Origin: a virus
Lineage: Duplodnaviria > Caudoviricetes
DNA: 64,000 nt
Virus record (IMG/VR): IMGVR_UViG_3300031519_004326
Coordinates: 8,380 to 72,379 of that record
Reading direction: 5' to 3' (one strand)
The notes beneath the pieces were generated by a model. It was given only the letters and a program-made list of their open reading frames with translations, made no database searches and was not told where the DNA came from. Both the position numbers and the translations under genes were made by a program. This document shows, one piece after another, positions 1 to 8,581 of this stretch (position 1 is the stretch's first letter; each line of letters starts with the position of its first letter).

Positions 1-2
1 TC

Positions 3-161
3 AGTTATATAGGAATACATATAGTGTTTGAGAAAGATGCAAAGAAAAGCATTCCTTTAATTTGGGAGAAAGGCGGATTACTTCACAAGCTACTTAATCC
101 TAGAGACTACGAAGTTTTTGATAAGTCTAAAATTAAATATAGAGATGGAGATAACACTTGA
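3..161 (+). CDS. 3' end of a hypothetical protein (starts before the window)
   Basis: Open frame from position 3 (SYIGIHIVFEK...RDGDNT) to TGA 159-161, overlapping the TTG start of the next ORF. Confidence 0.5.
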   Translation, partial: SYIGIHIVFEKDAKKSIPLIWEKGGLLHKLLNPRDYEVFDKSKIKYRDGDNT

Positions 162-406
162 AAAAATTTATATACTTCCTTAAATGGAACTTCACTGATA
201 TGCAACCGTTTACAAAGCGATACATTGCATATTTTACAGCAGGTATAATTGCTGCATTTATATTCGGTGGACAATCTGGTGCATTTTTTATTGCACCGCT
301 ATTAATGTTTATTGACTTTACTGTAGATATGGTTAGTTCACGTTATAAAGAATTTACAAAAGAACAACAAGACCTTATTGACACTTTATCAGAAAGTAAA
401 AAGTAA
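158..406 (+). CDS. hypothetical membrane protein
   Basis: 82 aa, hydrophobic IAYFTAGIIAAFIFGG...FFIAPLLMFIDF; coupled to both neighbours. Confidence 0.65.
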   Translation: MKKFIYFLKWNFTDMQPFTKRYIAYFTAGIIAAFIFGGQSGAFFIAPLLMFIDFTVDMVSSRYKEFTKEQQDLIDTLSESKK

Positions 407-594
407 TGAGTATGAACCACGATGCGAAACCTAAAGACGATGAACTAGAACGAATGAAGGCAGAGTTTCTTGCTAAAGGTGGTGAGATTACTAAAGGCAA
501 AACAAAACCTATGCCTCCAGAACTCGGGATTAGTAACAGCAGTTGGAATAATAAACTAACTAAAGCTGAGAAAGAAGCTAAAAACAGTAAGTGA
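406..594 (+). CDS. small hypothetical protein (EFLxxGGxI type)
   Basis: KAEFLAKGGEITK; similar motif in 30208-30399. Confidence 0.65.
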   Translation: MSMNHDAKPKDDELERMKAEFLAKGGEITKGKTKPMPPELGISNSSWNNKLTKAEKEAKNSK

Positions 595-632
595 TCTAAA
601 TATTTAATGGCACCCCTGCTTATGGAAATATC

Positions 633-661
633 TTGACATTTGCTAACTAATGCTATATAAT
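633..661 (+). promoter_or_regulatory. sigma70-type promoter for the topoisomerase genes
   Basis: TTGACA (633-638), 17 nt, TATAAT (656-661). Confidence 0.85.
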
Positions 662-692
662 GTACATATAACACAAACAAGGGCAGACATTA

Positions 693-2483
693 ATGACTGA
701 CAATTTTAAATTATTATCGGATTCTGAACATATCCGTAAACGTTTCTCTATGTACGGCGGCAGTCAAGTTGTACAACAGGAACTAACATTTGTAAATGCC
801 GAGTTTACAAAAGTAAACATAGTTGGTGGCTTACTTAAAGTAATCAATGAAATCATTGATAACAGTGTAGACGAATACGTTCGCACTAAAGGCAAGTATG
901 CTACACGCATTGATGTAGACATTGAAGCAGACGGTACTATTATAGTAAGCGACAACGGTCGTGGCATTCCTAGTGTAGAGATTGATACTCCGGATGGTAA
1001 AGAATACCAAATGGTAAGTGCATTTACGCGAGCCCGAGCAGGTAGTAACTTTGATGATGACAACCGTGACAGCATTGGTATGAACGGCGTAGGGTCAATG
1101 ATTACATTTGTGACATCGTCTTTGTTTGATGCTAAAAGCAGTGACGGCAACCTGCAAGTACAAATGGTAGGCAAGAACGGCCAAATAGATCGAATCCGTA
1201 CTAAAGAAACATCACTGAAGGGTACAACTGTTAAGTTCCGTCCTGATTATGAGTTCTTTGGTATGGAGACCATTGACGAAGCACATACATCAATGATTGA
1301 AGAACGTGTGCGTTCACTTGCACTAGCATTTGATGGTGTGCGTTTCCGCTTTAACAAAAAGATTGTTAGACTAAAGTTTGCAGATTACTTTGGTAACTGT
1401 GATATGTTTAATACAGAAAACGCCATCTTTGGCATTGCAAAATCAGATGGTAGTCATCAGTCAGCTAGTCTAGTAAACGGACTAAGTGTAAAGAGCGGTA
1501 CACATATTGATTACCTCTTAAACACTATTATGCAAGACTTTCGCGATGCACTGAAGCGTAGGCGCAAAGTAGATATTACTGCGGCACGATTAAAGCAACA
1601 CTTGCGAGTACACGCTATTATAAACGGCTTTCCGGCACTAAAGTTTGACTCGCAGACTAAAGAGCGTGTAACAAATAGTGCGGCAGAATGTCGTAATGCA
1701 ATTGGCGAGTTTGACACTAAAAAAGTTATTGCTAAGTTAATGAAGAACGAAGATTTGATTAACGAAATTTGTGCATACACTAAAATGCAAGAAGACTTAC
1801 TTGCTAAGAAAGACTTAGGCAAACTTGAAAAGAAAAAGAAAGTAAAGAGCGACAAATACTTTGCAGCAATTGGTCATCGTACTGACAGGATCTTTGTTGT
1901 AGAAGGTGACTCAGCAAGCGGCGGCTTAATTAAATGTTTAGGACGCAAAGGTAATGCGTTTTATGCACTTAAAGGTGTTCCGCTTAATGTACTAGAAGTG
2001 TCGCATCAGAAGTTTATGGCGAACAAAGAACTTAGCGAACTGTACAGCATTATTACAATGTTTCCAGAAGCAGAGATTTGTTTAGCAACTGACGCAGACG
2101 CTGACGGTATGCGTATTACAGGACTAGTATCGTTGTTTATGTTTAAGTACTTTCCGGAGCATTTGAACAATGGCAAGATGAAGATCCTACGTACACCTAT
2201 TGCAATTGGCAAGAAGAGCAACCAAGTTAAAGAATGGGCGTACACGTTTGCAGATGTAAATAAGATTGATCACAAGCTAGACGTAAGCTATGTAAAGGGC
2301 TTAGGTAGTTGGAGTGAGAAAGACTTGAAGCACATCATCAGTCAAGACACAATGGATGAAATGTTGCCAACAGTAAGTATTGCTGATACTGATCTCTTTA
2401 CAAATTGGTTTAGTAGTAGTACAATTGATTATCGCAAGGAGCAATTGCTTCAGAGTGCGCCATTTGATATTATGAAGGTATAA
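693..2483 (+). CDS. type IIA DNA topoisomerase large subunit (GHKL ATPase + TOPRIM; T4 gp39+gp60-like)
   Basis: EIIDNSVDE, DNGRGIP, GMNGVG, VVEGDSA, LKGVPLN, ATDADADG, KGLGS motifs. Confidence 0.95.
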   Translation: MTDNFKLLSDSEHIRKRFSMYGGSQVVQQELTFVNAEFTKVNIVGGLLKVINEIIDNSVDEYVRTKGKYATRIDVDIEADGTIIVSDNGRGIPSVEIDTPDGKEYQMVSAFTRARAGSNFDDDNRDSIGMNGVGSMITFVTSSLFDAKSSDGNLQVQMVGKNGQIDRIRTKETSLKGTTVKFRPDYEFFGMETIDEAHTSMIEERVRSLALAFDGVRFRFNKKIVRLKFADYFGNCDMFNTENAIFGIAKSDGSHQSASLVNGLSVKSGTHIDYLLNTIMQDFRDALKRRRKVDITAARLKQHLRVHAIINGFPALKFDSQTKERVTNSAAECRNAIGEFDTKKVIAKLMKNEDLINEICAYTKMQEDLLAKKDLGKLEKKKKVKSDKYFAAIGHRTDRIFVVEGDSASGGLIKCLGRKGNAFYALKGVPLNVLEVSHQKFMANKELSELYSIITMFPEAEICLATDADADGMRITGLVSLFMFKYFPEHLNNGKMKILRTPIAIGKKSNQVKEWAYTFADVNKIDHKLDVSYVKGLGSWSEKDLKHIISQDTMDEMLPTVSIADTDLFTNWFSSSTIDYRKEQLLQSAPFDIMKV

Positions 2484-2486
2484 AGA

Positions 2487-3815
2487 ATGACAAAGCAGAT
2501 TCCACTAGAAGGCTTCTTTAAGAACGAATATATCGACTTTTCAGTATACGACAATGTCCGTAAACTAGGAAACTACATTGATGGGCAAAAGAATGCAAGC
2601 CGTAAGATTGTACACACAGTCCTACAACAGAACATTGACAAGTTTGTTAAAGTAAGTAACTTAGGTCCTAAGGTACAAGACTATGCACAGTATTTGCACG
2701 GAAGCCTTGAAGGTACTATTGTTAATATGACTGCAAACTATGTAGGTAGCGGTAACAATGTTCCACTACTAGAAGGCGATGGTAACTTTGGTAGTTCGTT
2801 TATTAATGATGCGGCTGCTACACGTTATATCTTTGCACGTATGAATCCAATCTTAAAGCAACTGTACAACAAAGATGACTTTGTAAATCTTGAACATCAG
2901 AACTTTGAGGGTGCTAAGATTGAGCCACGCTTTTATGTACCAGTACTTCCTATGCTTGCTATCAACGGCAGTGAAGGTGTGAGTATTGGATTTGCACAAA
3001 AGATCCTTCCACGTGATCCTAAGCAGATCTTTAAGTGGGTACAACAACGTGCTGAAGGTTCTAAAATTACTGCTCGACTGACACCTTATTGGGAAGGAAT
3101 GTCGTGTAAAGTTGCTAAAGGTGAAAGTTCAACACAGTGGGAAATCCACGGATCGTTTGTACGCAAATCTAAGCACCGTATAACTATTGATTCGTTACCC
3201 GTAGGGTACACCCTTAAACAATATCAAGCAGTATTAGAGAAGCTAGTTGAAGATAAAGTGATTAAAGACTATGACGACTTATCAGATAACGATGTGTTTG
3301 AATTTGAAATCCAAGTAGATCGTGCGTTCGGTGAACGAACAGATGAATGGATTATGACCAAGCTAAAGTTGATTAAAAAGGTAAGTGAAAACTTTACTTG
3401 TATTGATGAGCACAATAAGATTGTTATCTTTAAAGGTCTTAAAGAGTTGTTAGAAGCTTGGTATGTAAAACGTATTGAGTACAACGACAAGCGTAAACAA
3501 CACTTGCTATCTAGTATGCAAGAAGAAATGGATTACACTAATGCAAGAGCTAAGTTTATACAAGGCGTTGTAGATGGTGCCATAGAGCTTCGTAATGCTA
3601 AAGAGACAGCAGTTATTACACAAGCTGAAGCATATGACGTTATACTACAAGGGCGTGTTAAGGGCTTCTTAGGGCTTCCTATGCGTAGTTTAACAACAGA
3701 AGAAATAGCAAAGCTCAAAGCAAAAGCAAAAGGCCTCAAAACACAAATTGCAGACTACAGCAAGTTGACTTTTGAAAATATCTTGCTACAAGACTTAGAT
3801 AATATTAAAATTTAG
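2487..3815 (+). CDS. type IIA DNA topoisomerase DNA-cleavage subunit (T4 gp52-like)
   Basis: DGQKNASRK, YLHG, GNFG, AAATRY (catalytic Tyr), EPRFYVPVLPMLAING. Confidence 0.95.
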   Translation: MTKQIPLEGFFKNEYIDFSVYDNVRKLGNYIDGQKNASRKIVHTVLQQNIDKFVKVSNLGPKVQDYAQYLHGSLEGTIVNMTANYVGSGNNVPLLEGDGNFGSSFINDAAATRYIFARMNPILKQLYNKDDFVNLEHQNFEGAKIEPRFYVPVLPMLAINGSEGVSIGFAQKILPRDPKQIFKWVQQRAEGSKITARLTPYWEGMSCKVAKGESSTQWEIHGSFVRKSKHRITIDSLPVGYTLKQYQAVLEKLVEDKVIKDYDDLSDNDVFEFEIQVDRAFGERTDEWIMTKLKLIKKVSENFTCIDEHNKIVIFKGLKELLEAWYVKRIEYNDKRKQHLLSSMQEEMDYTNARAKFIQGVVDGAIELRNAKETAVITQAEAYDVILQGRVKGFLGLPMRSLTTEEIAKLKAKAKGLKTQIADYSKLTFENILLQDLDNIKI

Positions 3816-3842
3816 TGCTGTAACACTTCTTTAGTTAAACTG

Positions 3843-3849
3843 ATAAATA
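3843..3849 (+). promoter_or_regulatory. T4-late-like promoter motif ATAAATA (representative; about 15 further copies listed in findings)
   Basis: Lies 5 nt before the ATG of a structural gene; recurs in intergenic positions before structural genes. Confidence 0.65.
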
Positions 3850-3854
3850 GTTAT

Positions 3855-4958
3855 ATGAGCAATATATCCGATCCAGAAATCCAACGTATACGCCAAGGTT
3901 TAAACGACCTAGGAGATGCAATATATCAGTTATCAAGAACTGAGGCACCGACACCTGAAATTAATAACAGAAGTCTTACCGGCGATGCAATACACGGTGG
4001 AAAGATTACTGCATTCCAGAGTGTAGGAATTAGAGATGATAGTTCAAGGTTAGTTGTCGTTATTGACGATGACGGCATTGTTACGGATAACATTGATGTA
4101 GAAACTATTGTAGGTGCTACAACAGTAAGTGGTGATTTAACTGTACAAGGTCTAATTACTGCAACAAGACTTCACGTAAATGAAATTACAGCAGATATAA
4201 GACAAGAGCGTACTAGTTCACTTGAGTATACTGACGATGTATATCATAAAGGTTTAGTTTGGCGCACACCAAACGGTAGTAAGCAGTTTTCATTAAAGCC
4301 GCAACCAGACAGACTTTGGTCTGATCTTCCAATAGACGTTCATAGAGATTCATATTATAGTATTGATAATGTAAGTGTACTTACAATGAATGAACTAGGA
4401 CCAACTGTTACACGCAGTAGTCTAACACAAGTTGGCGTATTACAAAATCTAGCAATAGAAGGTAATATGAACATTGACGAATACGTGTTTTGGAACAGTG
4501 ACTTTATGCGTTTTGGCATTGGTACTGAGACACCAAATGGTACATTCGGAATTGTGCAAGACGATGCAGAATTTATTATCGACACTCAAGGCAGAACGGC
4601 AACGTTCGGCACATATACAACTACAGACCTAAACATCATTACAGATAATACTACACGCATTAGTGTAAATGCTACAGGTAGAATTATACTTGGTGCTGAC
4701 ACTAATAGTAAAACTACTGTTAAAGGCAAACTAGGTATAAATGTTGAGAACCCTACAGCAGACATTGAAACTGCTGGACCTGTTAGCTTTGAAGGCAAAC
4801 GATTTGAAGTTGCTGCAGGCGCACCAACTAACGGTTCTTATAGACAAGGTGATATTGTTTGGAACACATCACCTCGCCCAACAGGTTATGTAGGATGGAT
4901 TTGTACCCAGGCTGGAACTCCAGGAATTTGGAAAACGTTCGGTCAAATTGCTTCATAA
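3855..4958 (+). CDS. virion structural/tail-fibre-like protein
   Basis: Beta-rich G/T/V repeats; C-terminal APTNGSYRQGDIVWN...GWICTQAGTPGIWKTFG typical of phage tail proteins; late motif upstream. Confidence 0.7.
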   Translation: MSNISDPEIQRIRQGLNDLGDAIYQLSRTEAPTPEINNRSLTGDAIHGGKITAFQSVGIRDDSSRLVVVIDDDGIVTDNIDVETIVGATTVSGDLTVQGLITATRLHVNEITADIRQERTSSLEYTDDVYHKGLVWRTPNGSKQFSLKPQPDRLWSDLPIDVHRDSYYSIDNVSVLTMNELGPTVTRSSLTQVGVLQNLAIEGNMNIDEYVFWNSDFMRFGIGTETPNGTFGIVQDDAEFIIDTQGRTATFGTYTTTDLNIITDNTTRISVNATGRIILGADTNSKTTVKGKLGINVENPTADIETAGPVSFEGKRFEVAAGAPTNGSYRQGDIVWNTSPRPTGYVGWICTQAGTPGIWKTFGQIAS

Positions 4959-4999
4959 ACCTGTAACTTTACGTAACACCCGACTGCCATAAATACAGT

Positions 5000-5311
5000 A
5001 TGGATAAAGTCAAAAATCAAAAAATTGCAAGACAAGTTGAACGCTGGGATCTATTTGCCCGGCTAACTCCTACTCTCTTCTTAGTAACAACTATGACGCT
5101 AATATTGTTTGATTTAGTAAAAGTGGAATACGCATTTTACGTAGGTCTAACAGGATTTGCTGTTACGGCAGTTACTTGGTGGTGGTGGGCAATCTTTACT
5201 ATAAGATACTTAATAACTACACTGAGTAGAGCTAGTTCTACCTTGACTGAAGTCAGCGAAGAATTTAAAGTAGTTAAAAAGGAATTAGCGGAGTTAAAGG
5301 ATGAACAATAA
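5000..5311 (+). CDS. membrane protein with two TM helices and a coiled-coil tail
   Basis: Hydrophobic segments, WWWW, C-terminal heptads; ATAAATA at 4989-4995. Confidence 0.7.
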   Translation: MDKVKNQKIARQVERWDLFARLTPTLFLVTTMTLILFDLVKVEYAFYVGLTGFAVTAVTWWWWAIFTIRYLITTLSRASSTLTEVSEEFKVVKKELAELKDEQ

Positions 5312-5777
5312 ATCATACAAAATATTAAAAGCCGCGACTAATATAGTTAGCGGATTAAGTATGTCGACACTTATTATTTTAGGTGTAGCGTATATGGGAT
5401 TTAATAATGCGTTTGTGTTTAATAATGCAGGTATTTCAGTAACAAACAATCCAGTTACTGGAGACCAGATTAATTTTATTCTAGAAGGCAGTCGACGCCA
5501 CGAATGTGTACTAACAAGAGTACACACAGATGCAACTAATAATGAAACTAATGAAAGATTTGAATTAGACTTTGCTAGAAAAGTATATCTAAGATCAGAT
5601 GACTATCTTGGCAATGCAACAGGCATAGTTGACCATCAGTGGGGAGTGCCAAAGCCAGACGGTATGCTACCAGGCGTATACAGAGTAAGCCTATACAGCG
5701 AGTTTGATTGCGTATACTTACTTTTCAAAACATCTAAAGTCCAAATTTTTGATAACATCTCACTCATCATAGAATAA
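5301..5777 (+). CDS. N-terminally anchored hypothetical protein
   Basis: One TM segment then a beta-rich domain with two Cys; overlaps previous stop. Confidence 0.7.
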   Translation: MNNKSYKILKAATNIVSGLSMSTLIILGVAYMGFNNAFVFNNAGISVTNNPVTGDQINFILEGSRRHECVLTRVHTDATNNETNERFELDFARKVYLRSDDYLGNATGIVDHQWGVPKPDGMLPGVYRVSLYSEFDCVYLLFKTSKVQIFDNISLIIE

Positions 5778-5785
5778 ATAAATTT

Positions 5786-6388
5786 ATGTTAGCAATCGGA
5801 AACGGCGAAAGTCGTGCATCTATCGATATAGACAAAATTAATGGGCCAAAAGTAGGCTGTAATGCGTTATGGCGAGACTATCACACAGACTATCTTGTAT
5901 GTGTAGACCGACGAATGGTTGACGAAAGTGTACGTGGCAAAGTGAACTTAAACGATACACTAATATACACTCGAGAAGATTGGTATGATAGATATCAAAG
6001 ATTGCCTAAAGTTAGAAAATTACCTCCACTTCCTTATAATGGCGAACAACGCTGGGACGAACCGTTTCAATGGGGTAGCGGTCCTTATGCAGTTTTTATT
6101 AGTGCATTGTTTGCGAAAGAAGGCTATGTAAATCTAATTGGTTTCGACTTGTGGAGTAACACCAAGCAAGTTAATAACATATACAAAGACTCACCAAATT
6201 ATGACGATGCCAACAAGAGTGCTGTCGATCCACGTTACTGGTTACACCAAATTGGAATGGTGTTTAACTGCTTTCCTAAAATACAATTTACTGTATATCA
6301 AACCCCGTCCTGGGAATTACCTAAAGTCTGGAATTATTCTAATGTTTCGGTTGACACACTAAGTAATATAAGTTATAATAATACTTAA
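5786..6388 (+). CDS. MptE/DUF115/sialyltransferase-like Rossmann-fold protein
   Basis: AIGNGESR, GCNALWRD, LVCVD, SGPYA, LIGFDL motifs. Confidence 0.55.
   Translation: MLAIGNGESRASIDIDKINGPKVGCNALWRDYHTDYLVCVDRRMVDESVRGKVNLNDTLIYTREDWYDRYQRLPKVRKLPPLPYNGEQRWDEPFQWGSGPYAVFISALFAKEGYVNLIGFDLWSNTKQVNNIYKDSPNYDDANKSAVDPRYWLHQIGMVFNCFPKIQFTVYQTPSWELPKVWNYSNVSVDTLSNISYNNT
6351..6379 (+). promoter_or_regulatory. sigma70-type promoter for queD operon
   Basis: TTGACA (6351-6356), 17 nt, TATAAT (6374-6379). Confidence 0.85.
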
Positions 6389-6395
6389 CAAGGAC

Positions 6396-6446
6396 TTGGC
6401 GTCACCCCTTCTAACTCTGCCGCCCATACAATTATTAAAACAGGAG
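6396..6446 (+). ncRNA. candidate riboswitch-like H-type pseudoknot in the queD 5' UTR
   Basis: GGCG/CGCC stem; loop CUUCU complementary to SD AGGAG; A-rich linker; not a canonical preQ1-I match. Confidence 0.3.
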
Positions 6447-6452
6447 ATAATA

Positions 6453-6902
6453 ATGGGGAAATATTTAAGCACAAAACACTACGGACACAACATTGGTCTT
6501 TCGGCAGTATTCCGTCAACCTAATGCAGATCATTCACACTGTCATCTATTACACGGTTACAGTTTAGCATTTACATTTAAGTTTGGATGTACCGAACTAG
6601 ATCATAAAAACTGGGCTGTAGACTTTGGAGGTCTTAAACCTTTAAAGAAATGGCTAGAAGACAACTTTGATCACAAGACAGCAATTGACAAAGATGATCC
6701 GTACTTAGATAAGTTTATGGAACTACAAGAACTTGACCTAGCAGAAATTGTTGTTATGGATGGTGTCGGTGCAGAGAAGTTTGCAGAACACGCATTTAAC
6801 TTTGCAGATAAACTAGTGCGCGAAATAAGCAATAATCGTTGTTATTGCGTAAGTGCAGAATGTGCAGAACACGGAGCAAACTCAGCGATATACGAGGTGT
6901 AA
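6453..6902 (+). CDS. queD: 6-carboxy-5,6,7,8-tetrahydropterin synthase (QueD/PTPS, T-fold)
   Basis: HCHLLHGYS, VDFGGLKPLK, FDHK, GAEKFAE, EHGANSA; start chosen at ATG 6453 after AGGAG. Confidence 0.85.
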   Translation: MGKYLSTKHYGHNIGLSAVFRQPNADHSHCHLLHGYSLAFTFKFGCTELDHKNWAVDFGGLKPLKKWLEDNFDHKTAIDKDDPYLDKFMELQELDLAEIVVMDGVGAEKFAEHAFNFADKLVREISNNRCYCVSAECAEHGANSAIYEV

Positions 6903-6903
6903 G

Positions 6904-7713
6904 TTGGTTAAAAAGCATATCGAGGGCGAATCTAAAGAACACCGCAAGCGCAGAAAAGCTCTTGAAAAAATGGCAAAGTTAGATGGTCCGACTTTTACTA
7001 ACGAAGAAAAATATTATATAGTGTGCTTAAAGCACGGCACACTATATTCTGCAGATTATGTAAACCGTTTGTATAATATGGTTAAACGTAATTGTACACT
7101 TGATTACGAATTTGTTTGTTTAACTGATGAGCCTAAAGGCATTGACTCTAATGTTAAAATTCTTCCACTACCGGGTGGTATTGCCGGATGGTGGTGCAAG
7201 CCTTATATGTTTTCAAAAGACTTGCCATTAAACGGCACTGTACTTTATATGGATCTTGATGTAGTTATTTCAAGTAACATTGATAAACTAATCACCTGGC
7301 AACCAAATCAATGGTGTACTATTAGAGACTTTACTCGAGTAATGCGACCCAAGTGGCAAAAGTATAATAGTAGTGTAGTAAGATTTAAAACAGGTGATTT
7401 GGATTTTGTTTGGACCGAATACGAAAAAAATAAAGTTGAGATACAAAAGAGATTACACGGCGACCAAGACTGGTTATGGGAAGCAACTAGACATAAACAA
7501 GCAATGTTGTATCCTGACAGTTGGATACAAAGTTGGAAATGGGAAGTACGCAAAGACAAAGCATTTAAGCCTGGTGGCTTACGAGGCCGAAGAACGTTTA
7601 ATAAAATTGACAATCTTGCTAAACCCAATATTGAATGTTCTATTTGTGTCTTCCACGGAGACCCTAATCCAGAAATGGTAGAAGACAAATGGGTAGTCGA
7701 CAATTGGAAATAA
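6904..7713 (+). CDS. GT-A (GT8-like) glycosyltransferase
   Basis: VCLKHG, WWCKPYMF, YMDLDVVI (DxD), NSSV, GDQDW, VFHGDPNP; TTG start after GAGGTG. Confidence 0.75.
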   Translation: MVKKHIEGESKEHRKRRKALEKMAKLDGPTFTNEEKYYIVCLKHGTLYSADYVNRLYNMVKRNCTLDYEFVCLTDEPKGIDSNVKILPLPGGIAGWWCKPYMFSKDLPLNGTVLYMDLDVVISSNIDKLITWQPNQWCTIRDFTRVMRPKWQKYNSSVVRFKTGDLDFVWTEYEKNKVEIQKRLHGDQDWLWEATRHKQAMLYPDSWIQSWKWEVRKDKAFKPGGLRGRRTFNKIDNLAKPNIECSICVFHGDPNPEMVEDKWVVDNWK

Positions 7714-7714
7714 A

Positions 7715-8437
7715 ATGTTACTGACAGTAATTGATGTTACCCACTACACAGATACCCTGTTTAGAATACGAGTTGAACGTCCGCGGACATATAGATTTAC
7801 AGCAGGTGAGTTTGTAATGATCGGGTTAGACAACTGGTCAGAAAAACTACAAAAGAACAAACCTATAATGAGAGCATACAGTATATCAAGTGGTCCGTAT
7901 GATGACTGGATTGAATTTTACAGTATCAAAGTACCAGGTGGACCACTTACAAGTAAACTACAGCATATTAAAGTAGGCGATATGTTAGAAGTGGGCGAGA
8001 AACCAACTGGTACATTATTGCTTGCTAACTTAGAACTAGGTGGTCACTTAGTAATGATGGCAAGTGGCACCGGCATTGCTCCGTTTATTAGTTTACTACG
8101 TGATCCTGAAACATATGACTTATTTGAAAACATAACAGTAACCTGGACAACTAGATTAAATGCTGAACAGGATTCTTATAGAGACTTTTTAAACGAAATG
8201 CCTATTGAATATATTAGTACAGTAACACAAGAAGATGCTGAACTAAAAGGACGTATTCAAACATTTATGGAGGATGGCACTGTTAAGATCAACGATCCAT
8301 CTTATCAGCGTATTATGTTATGTGGTAGTATAGGATTTAACAATGACCTAAAAGAACATTTTAGTACATTAGGCTTTTGTGAAGGTAATAAAAAGACACA
8401 AGGTACGTTTGTGCAAGAGCGGGCGTTTGTGGGTTGA
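7715..8437 (+). CDS. fpr: ferredoxin--NADP+ reductase (bacterial Fpr type)
   Basis: RAYSI, GPLTSKLQ, KPTGTL, GTGIAPF, MLCGS, C-terminal ERAFV. Confidence 0.93.
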   Translation: MLLTVIDVTHYTDTLFRIRVERPRTYRFTAGEFVMIGLDNWSEKLQKNKPIMRAYSISSGPYDDWIEFYSIKVPGGPLTSKLQHIKVGDMLEVGEKPTGTLLLANLELGGHLVMMASGTGIAPFISLLRDPETYDLFENITVTWTTRLNAEQDSYRDFLNEMPIEYISTVTQEDAELKGRIQTFMEDGTVKINDPSYQRIMLCGSIGFNNDLKEHFSTLGFCEGNKKTQGTFVQERAFVG

Positions 8438-8462
8438 CAAAGATACGCAAACGTGTTATACT
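8434..8462 (+). promoter_or_regulatory. sigma70-type promoter with extended -10, upstream of uvsE
   Basis: TTGACA (8434-8439), 17 nt, TATACT (8457-8462) preceded by TG. Confidence 0.75.
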
Positions 8463-8580
8463 ATATAAACAATGGTACAAGCAACTACGACAGCAAGGCT
8501 ACAAGTGGCACAACTGTATAGAATGGGCAATACACAACTCAGGCACACACGAACTAGACGGTTCCTATAGGAAGTTTTAA
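8434..8580 (+). CDS. unannotated 48-aa basic protein
   Basis: TTG start overlapping the fpr TGA; MTKIRKRVILYKQWYKQLRQQGYKWHNCIEWAIHNSGTHELDGSYRKF; stop 1 nt before uvsE ATG. Confidence 0.45.
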   Translation: MTKIRKRVILYKQWYKQLRQQGYKWHNCIEWAIHNSGTHELDGSYRKF

Positions 8581-8581
8581 T

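Noticed and set aside
6396-6452. Track start of queD at 6396 (MASPLLTLPP...)
   Set aside because: It starts about 10 nt after the predicted TSS without an SD, whereas ATG 6453 has AGGAG and gives a QueD-length protein. The region is treated as a leader.
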